From positions 1 through 33,484 of IMG/VR virus record IMGVR_UViG_3300020463_000068: a stretch of 33,484 bases of DNA; one strand, given 5' to 3'. Every line of letters begins with the position of its first letter. The first letter of the stretch is position 1. The position numbers were made by a program, and so were the translations under genes. Origin of the DNA: a virus. Its lineage: Duplodnaviria; Caudoviricetes. The notes under the pieces were generated by a model. It did not search any database. It was not told where the DNA came from and saw only the letters and a program-made list of their open reading frames with translations. This document shows positions 28,430 through 33,484 of the stretch, piece after piece.

Positions 28430-28985
28430 AACAAAAAAATTAGCAGGTATTGTTGATACAGCAACACATCAAGAATTGTGCAATTTAATCACCAGTTTAG
28501 ATTTTCCTTGGTACTATTTAGAAGACACAACATTTGAACGTTCTGATAAAAAAAGTAGATCAACACCTGCATTTGCTCATTTGTTATTACATAATCAGCA
28601 CAGAAGTGAGTATTTAGATAAGTTCACACCAGTGTATCAGGGTATTATAGATCAACTAGACATTGACGTTAAAAAAGTTTTTAGAATGCGTTTAGGATTT
28701 TTAATGAACACAAGGTACATTACACCGCACGAACCTTATTCATTTAACGAACCACACCAAGATGCAGAGTTCCCACATGTTACGGCATGTTATCATTTTT
28801 GGCATTCTGACGGTAGGACACATATTTTTAATGAAACAGAAAAAAGTGACAAATACACCATTCACGAAGCTTTCGAAGGCGATGTTAATAGTGCTGTTGT
28901 ATTCGATGGCTTAAGATATCATGCAAGTTGTTGTCCAAAAATACATACAAAAAGAGCAGTCTTAACGGTAAACTTTACAATATGA
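28422..28985 (+). CDS. Putative 2OG-Fe(II) oxygenase (FPWY / PHxD type)
   Basis: FPWYY...RMRL...PHQD....TACY....SDG.THIF...N..VVFDG..YHAS..P....RAVLTVNF. Paralogous to 30314-30925. Confidence 0.8.
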   Translation: MFETKKLAGIVDTATHQELCNLITSLDFPWYYLEDTTFERSDKKSRSTPAFAHLLLHNQHRSEYLDKFTPVYQGIIDQLDIDVKKVFRMRLGFLMNTRYITPHEPYSFNEPHQDAEFPHVTACYHFWHSDGRTHIFNETEKSDKYTIHEAFEGDVNSAVVFDGLRYHASCCPKIHTKRAVLTVNFTI

Positions 28986-29626
28986 GAAATTTTAAAGGAA
29001 AACAGAAAAAACCATTGCATCCAACTATAGTTGTAGATGATTTTTTTGAATTGCCGCAACTGGTAAGAGAATATGCTATTGGCTTAGAATATTACAAAGG
29101 GGACAGAGGATCCTGGCCTGGATTAAGATCTCCTATGATAAAAGATCTAGATCCTGACTTAGTCGAAACAATAGAAAGTAAGTTACTGAGTGCGTCTGGA
29201 TTATTCCATTCTTTTACTGAATCAGATATGACTTTTCAAATTATACCTGAAAACTTTGGTAGTGGATGGGTACATGACGATGACGAATCACATGATCTTG
29301 CAGGTGTGATATATTTAAATGATCTTATTGTGCAAGGATCTGGTACAGTTATCTACAATCAACAGGGCGATGTCAATATGCAAAAATATACAGATATATT
29401 CCATCAAGATGTATGTGGTGATGATCCAGAAAAATTTAAAAATCATAGATTAGAACAACGTTCATTTTTTAAGACAACAATAACAGCTGAATCAAGATTT
29501 AACAGATGTATTATGTTTGATCCTAGACAATGGCATAGTGCAGAAAACTTTTTTGGTAAAGAACCTGTTGATGCAAGAATGACTCTAGTCTTTTTTTGTA
29601 ATGGAGTATACAAATGGCAGATATAG
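28982..29626 (+). CDS. Putative 2OG-Fe(II) oxygenase (DUF6445-like)
   Basis: VVDDFF..P..VR...WPG.RS...GWVHDD....AGVIYLN...SGT...FNRCIMFD...WHSA..FFG....RMTLVFF. ATG 28982 (ATGA overlap) is preferred over TTG 28928. Confidence 0.85.
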   Translation: MRNFKGKQKKPLHPTIVVDDFFELPQLVREYAIGLEYYKGDRGSWPGLRSPMIKDLDPDLVETIESKLLSASGLFHSFTESDMTFQIIPENFGSGWVHDDDESHDLAGVIYLNDLIVQGSGTVIYNQQGDVNMQKYTDIFHQDVCGDDPEKFKNHRLEQRSFFKTTITAESRFNRCIMFDPRQWHSAENFFGKEPVDARMTLVFFCNGVYKWQI

Positions 29627-30312
29627 ATTTTATAAATCAAAGTTCTATCAACGCATCTACAAAAATAAATAATTTAGATTTAAAAAATAGGAAAAAATTT
29701 CCAAGATTTCCTACTAGAATAATTGAAGACTTTTTTCCTGAGCCACATCTATGGAGGCATATTGCTCTACAACAACAATATTATCCAGCAACAGTAACTA
29801 CATATCCGGGACAAAGATCAACACCGTTAGCTGAAATCGACAAAGGTTTGTTTGATTCTTTTGGTGAAAGATTATTAGATTTGTTACCAATGTATAAAGG
29901 ATTTTTTTACTTGAATGCATCTTTCTTTATGGTAGACGAAACATTTATAAACGGGTGGGTACATGATGACGATCCTGATACAACAATTACAGGTATTATA
30001 TATCTTAATGATAATGCACCTTTAAATTCAGGAACAACATTATACGATGACAGGATGTCAGAAGAGTATGGTGAATACCATAAACTAATACAAAATGATT
30101 GTTTAAATTCTACACCAGAACAAAGACAACAAGCAACAAAGCATAGAAATAAACAACGTTCTTATTTTACTCCTAGTGTCAATATAGATAATGTCTTTAA
30201 TAGATGTGTTTTGTTTGATCCCAAAACTTGGCATAGTGCAGATAACTTTTTTGGAAATAGTAAAGAAACATCAAGACTTACGCTAGTTTTTTACGCACAT
30301 GCAGGAGGATAA
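29614..30312 (+). CDS. Putative 2OG-Fe(II) oxygenase (DUF6445-like), tandem paralog of 28982-29626
   Basis: IIEDFF..P...YPGQRS...GWVHDDD...GIIYLN...SGT...FNRCVLFDP..WHSA.NFFG....RLTLVF. Confidence 0.85.
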   Translation: MADIDFINQSSINASTKINNLDLKNRKKFPRFPTRIIEDFFPEPHLWRHIALQQQYYPATVTTYPGQRSTPLAEIDKGLFDSFGERLLDLLPMYKGFFYLNASFFMVDETFINGWVHDDDPDTTITGIIYLNDNAPLNSGTTLYDDRMSEEYGEYHKLIQNDCLNSTPEQRQQATKHRNKQRSYFTPSVNIDNVFNRCVLFDPKTWHSADNFFGNSKETSRLTLVFYAHAGG

Positions 30313-30313
30313 T

Positions 30314-30925
30314 ATGACAGATGATATAATTGAAATAGAAGATGTGATAGGAAAAACATACCAAAAAACTCTTTTGGAAAGAGTTACTGATAAACAATTT
30401 CCTTGGTACTTGAACAAACATCAAGTTTCATCTGATATGTTTACATCAGATAGTGACTATAATCCTGTTGGATGGAATCATTTCTTATTTGAAGAACAAA
30501 AAATTATAAGTCCTATGTTTGATATATTTCATCCTCTAGTAATGACCATACAAGATTTAGAATTATTTCCTAACAATAGTTTAGAAAGAATGAGATTAAA
30601 TTTAAATGAGCGTGTGAGAGATAACCCTCAAGAACATCATTTGCCACATATTGATTCATGGTATGAGCATTGGAATGTGATTTATTATCTAAATGACAGT
30701 TCAGGAGAAACTTATATTTTCAATGAAACAAATAAAGAGTATGATACAAATGATCAGGACTATGTAGCTAATACAAAATTTACAGTAAAACATAAAGTAA
30801 CACCTAAGCAAGGAAAGATTGTTGCGTTTCCAGGCTTCTACTACCATTCTAGCAGTCCAAATAAACACACACCTTATAGGATATTATTAAATATTAACTT
30901 TGCGAGCATGAACCATGTCATGTGA
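30314..30925 (+). CDS. Putative 2OG-Fe(II) oxygenase (FPWY / PHxD type)
   Basis: FPWYL...RMRLNL...PHID......IYYLNDSSGETYIF...PKQGKIV.F.G..YHSSS.....RILLNINF. AGGAGG at 30303-30308 favours ATG 30314 over 30299. Confidence 0.85.
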   Translation: MTDDIIEIEDVIGKTYQKTLLERVTDKQFPWYLNKHQVSSDMFTSDSDYNPVGWNHFLFEEQKIISPMFDIFHPLVMTIQDLELFPNNSLERMRLNLNERVRDNPQEHHLPHIDSWYEHWNVIYYLNDSSGETYIFNETNKEYDTNDQDYVANTKFTVKHKVTPKQGKIVAFPGFYYHSSSPNKHTPYRILLNINFASMNHVM

Positions 30926-31442
30926 TTATAAAGTTTACAAATCAGAACTTATTTGTAAGCATAGTGGACAAATGATTACAGACTTATATGCTGTTCATGA
31001 CTTTTTTAAAAAGTCTTTTCCTGAAAAAGATAGCACTTGGTCATATAACCTTTATAATATATTTTGTGCTACTTCTCCAAGTCCTTTATGGTATGATCTA
31101 CTAGTTGAATTAAAGACATATATTAGAGAATTTATTGGACATGACAAACCTTTATGGATGCAAAGTTGGTTAAATTTTCATAAGCCAGAAGAAGTTTTAG
31201 ATTGGCATAATCACGAGTGGCCATATCATGGATATATTAGTATCGATCCTAAAAATACAGAAACAGTTTTTGATAACTACAAAATAAAAAACGAATTAGG
31301 CAATATATACATTGGTCCTGGTAATAGAATGCACAAAGTAGAAGTAATAGAACCTTTCGTAACACCAAGAATGACGCTTGGTTTCGACATACATGAGGAG
31401 CCGGACTTTCCATATCAACAGTTCAGCCTAATGCCAATATGA
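30915..31442 (+). CDS. Putative 2OG-Fe(II) oxygenase, compact HxH type
   Basis: WMQSWLNFH....LDWHNH...HGYISI...G.IYIGPG...HKV......RMTLGFD. Confidence 0.7.
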   Translation: MSCDYKVYKSELICKHSGQMITDLYAVHDFFKKSFPEKDSTWSYNLYNIFCATSPSPLWYDLLVELKTYIREFIGHDKPLWMQSWLNFHKPEEVLDWHNHEWPYHGYISIDPKNTETVFDNYKIKNELGNIYIGPGNRMHKVEVIEPFVTPRMTLGFDIHEEPDFPYQQFSLMPI

Positions 31443-31711
31443 TTAACGAGATAGTATTCATGATAGTTGTAATTTTTTCTGGCTTAAATGCAGATGGTAC
31501 AAAAAATATGTACGTATTTGCTAAACCTTTTTATGAAGAGGAAGTACATTGTCAAGCCGACATAACAGATCCAGCTGTTTATCCCGGATTAATTGCTAAC
31601 TTAGTTAAAGATTACAAAGGAATGCCTCCAGGAACAATAGAATCAGTACAATGTGTACGGTCAGATGAAGTAATAGATGCTGTAGAAAAATCACAAGGAG
31701 TAAGCATATGA
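31439..31711 (+). CDS. Small hypothetical protein with hydrophobic N-terminus and two Cys (90 aa)
   Basis: ATGA overlaps at both ends. IVFMIVVIFSG is signal/anchor-like, followed by HC...VQC. Confidence 0.65.
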   Translation: MINEIVFMIVVIFSGLNADGTKNMYVFAKPFYEEEVHCQADITDPAVYPGLIANLVKDYKGMPPGTIESVQCVRSDEVIDAVEKSQGVSI

Positions 31712-32337
31712 ATCCAGTAATATTATGTAAACAAGTAAGCGAAGAATTGTGCAAATTTATTAGTGCCGAAATGCGGATAATGGAAGGTGTAATCCAAGAA
31801 CTAGACCCTCAGTCTATACGTCAAGAACCAGAATTTGGCGATAGTTATAATGCATACTGTCCACCATGTCTTGAAGCACTAAGTTTAACAGTAAAACCAA
31901 TTATAGAAAAACTTGTAGACAAAGAATTAGCACCATCTTACTCTTACGGAAGAATATATAGACCAGGAGCAAGACTTAACAAACACTTTGATAGACGCAG
32001 TAGTGAATATAGTGTTTCTATATGTTTAGAAAAAGGAAGCACACCTTGGTTTTTATGTGCAGACGGGCCTGACAGTGATAATCCATTGTGTGCAGATCTC
32101 GCTGTAGGCGATATGTTAGTTTATAGTGGAGCAAAGTTTTCTCATTGGAGAGAAGGACCATATGAGGGCGATGAACAAATCCAAGTTTTTATTCAGTATG
32201 TAGATATCAACGGTGAAAATGCTGATTTAATTTATGATGGAAGACCTAAACTAGGCCTACCTTTTGGTTATAAGAGTAATTTTGTTGAACAAGAATTACA
32301 AGATCAATTAAAATTAGGATCAGTATTAGGATCATAA
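31708..32337 (+). CDS. Putative 2OG-Fe(II) oxygenase-like protein (YSYGRIY...HxDR type, common in marine phages)
   Basis: L.PSYSYGRIY..G..L.KHFDR.S.EYSVSICL...L..GDMLVY.G....HWRE......IQVFIQYV...DGRP.LG. Confidence 0.75.
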   Translation: MNPVILCKQVSEELCKFISAEMRIMEGVIQELDPQSIRQEPEFGDSYNAYCPPCLEALSLTVKPIIEKLVDKELAPSYSYGRIYRPGARLNKHFDRRSSEYSVSICLEKGSTPWFLCADGPDSDNPLCADLAVGDMLVYSGAKFSHWREGPYEGDEQIQVFIQYVDINGENADLIYDGRPKLGLPFGYKSNFVEQELQDQLKLGSVLGS

Positions 32338-33484
32338 GTATCGTAACAATCTTCGCCCTTCATAATTTTTGCAAGACATTCTCTATGCTTTAATGCTACT
32401 TTAGGTCTCCAGGCTTTTTCTTTTTCAAATAAATCATTCATATACGAATAATGCTTATCATAATTTTGTTTAATTAGTTTTCTATCATTATACATTCTGA
32501 GACCCCACATTACTTGAGTCCAATTTAAACATTTAAATAGCATAAAATCATTTAAAAACATGTTTAGACTTGGCATGTGTTGCTTAAATGCATCTAAGTA
32601 TTCTTTGTTAAAATTAGTAAGCTCTAGGTCATTGTTTATCCAACGCCAAAATTCGCTGTCTCTACGTTCTGTGATGTAATGTATTTGTACAAATGATATA
32701 ATGTTTTCAGCAACTTCCTTAAATATTTTATTGTATTGATTTTGTTGTATAGTGTCTTTTCTACTCCAATACGGAATACTAGTTAAAAATCCAAATCCTT
32801 GTTCTATTGTAGTGCCGATACTTGTTGCTTCTAGTGGCTCTACAAACATACCTGCTAATCCCATAGAAATACAATTTTTATTCCAAAACTTGTCCACATA
32901 CCCTGCACTAAATTTGATTTTTTTGCCTATTTCTAATTTTTCACCATAGTGTTTAGATACCTCTGCAAATGCATTGTCGTCAGTTATAAAGTCGTCACAA
33001 TATACATACCCATTACCGAATCTATCTTGGGTTGGTATACGCCAATTCCATCCGCTACTAAGGGCAGTTGATTCAGTATATGAAGGAATGTCTTCTTCAT
33101 AACCTGTAGGAAATGCAATAGCACTATTCATAGGAAGATATTTTTTACAATCAATCCATTTTGTATCTAATTTACTTGCTATTATTCTTCTAAAACCACT
33201 ACAATCTATAAAAAAATCTGCCTCATACTTTTGTCCCTGTTCTCCTACTAAAGATGATACAAATCCTTCGTTATCTAATATGACATCTTGTATTATATCA
33301 TCTTCAAAAATGACACCTTTGTATTCTGCAAGATGATGAAAATAGCCATTTAATTTATTAGTATCAAAATGCCATTGATTTGTTTCAGTATCATATGGCG
33401 GGGTATGTTTATGTTGTTTATATGTTTCGGAAACAGAAACTTCGTTTTCATATCCCTCCCCAATAAATTTTTGAAACATGAAAT
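32304..33484 (-). CDS. Second flavin-dependent tryptophan-halogenase-family protein, 5'-truncated by the window edge
   Basis: WHFD, FIDCSGF, WNWRIP, R.GNGYVY and FVEPLEATSIG are present. The GxGxxG and catalytic-Lys regions are missing and the frame is open to the window end, so the Met at 33479 is internal. Confidence 0.9.
   Translation of the reverse strand, partial: FMFQKFIGEGYENEVSVSETYKQHKHTPPYDTETNQWHFDTNKLNGYFHHLAEYKGVIFEDDIIQDVILDNEGFVSSLVGEQGQKYEADFFIDCSGFRRIIASKLDTKWIDCKKYLPMNSAIAFPTGYEEDIPSYTESTALSSGWNWRIPTQDRFGNGYVYCDDFITDDNAFAEVSKHYGEKLEIGKKIKFSAGYVDKFWNKNCISMGLAGMFVEPLEATSIGTTIEQGFGFLTSIPYWSRKDTIQQNQYNKIFKEVAENIISFVQIHYITERRDSEFWRWINNDLELTNFNKEYLDAFKQHMPSLNMFLNDFMLFKCLNWTQVMWGLRMYNDRKLIKQNYDKHYSYMNDLFEKEKAWRPKVALKHRECLAKIMKGEDCYDTYDPNTDPNFN

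Noticed and set aside
25724-32337. Oxygenases as TET/JBP- or AlkB-type DNA-modifying enzymes
   Set aside because: No TET/JBP or AlkB signature was recognised, and there are no neighbouring methyltransferase, kinase, glycosyltransferase or nucleotide-metabolism genes. Not formally excluded without profile searches.
58-33484. Alternative genetic code, introns or inteins
   Set aside because: Standard-code ORFs tile the window almost completely with TAA/TGA stops. No intein (C...HN) or homing-endonuclease motifs were noticed in the large proteins.

Overview
AT-rich, gene-dense segment of a large tailed dsDNA phage genome, most consistent with a T4-like or jumbo aquatic myovirus. This is inferred from gene families and TAAATA late-promoter-like motifs; host and taxonomy cannot be determined here. 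The window has two blocks. Block 1 (58-23015, + strand) is a virion fibre/appendage module: three giant proteins (1267, 1848, 2898 aa) sharing a beta-helix-like domain, small companion proteins, a tandem triplet of His/Gly-rich adhesin-like paralogs and a fibre-assembly-like protein. Block 2 (about 23083-33484) is a tightly overlapping enzyme array: a flavin-dependent tryptophan-halogenase-family gene, a dUTPase-fold-like gene, ten 2OG-Fe(II) oxygenase/JmjC genes of several subfamilies and a convergent second halogenase cut by the window edge. The best candidate for an undescribed system is block 2 acting as a late-expressed halogenation/hydroxylation tailoring cluster on the neighbouring fibre proteins. 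Also notable are six Cys-containing helical repeats in the 2898-aa protein that match the phycobiliprotein bilin-attachment motif. I saw no tRNA, rRNA, CRISPR array, integrase, transposase or reverse transcriptase. All family assignments come from motif recognition by eye, not from database searches.
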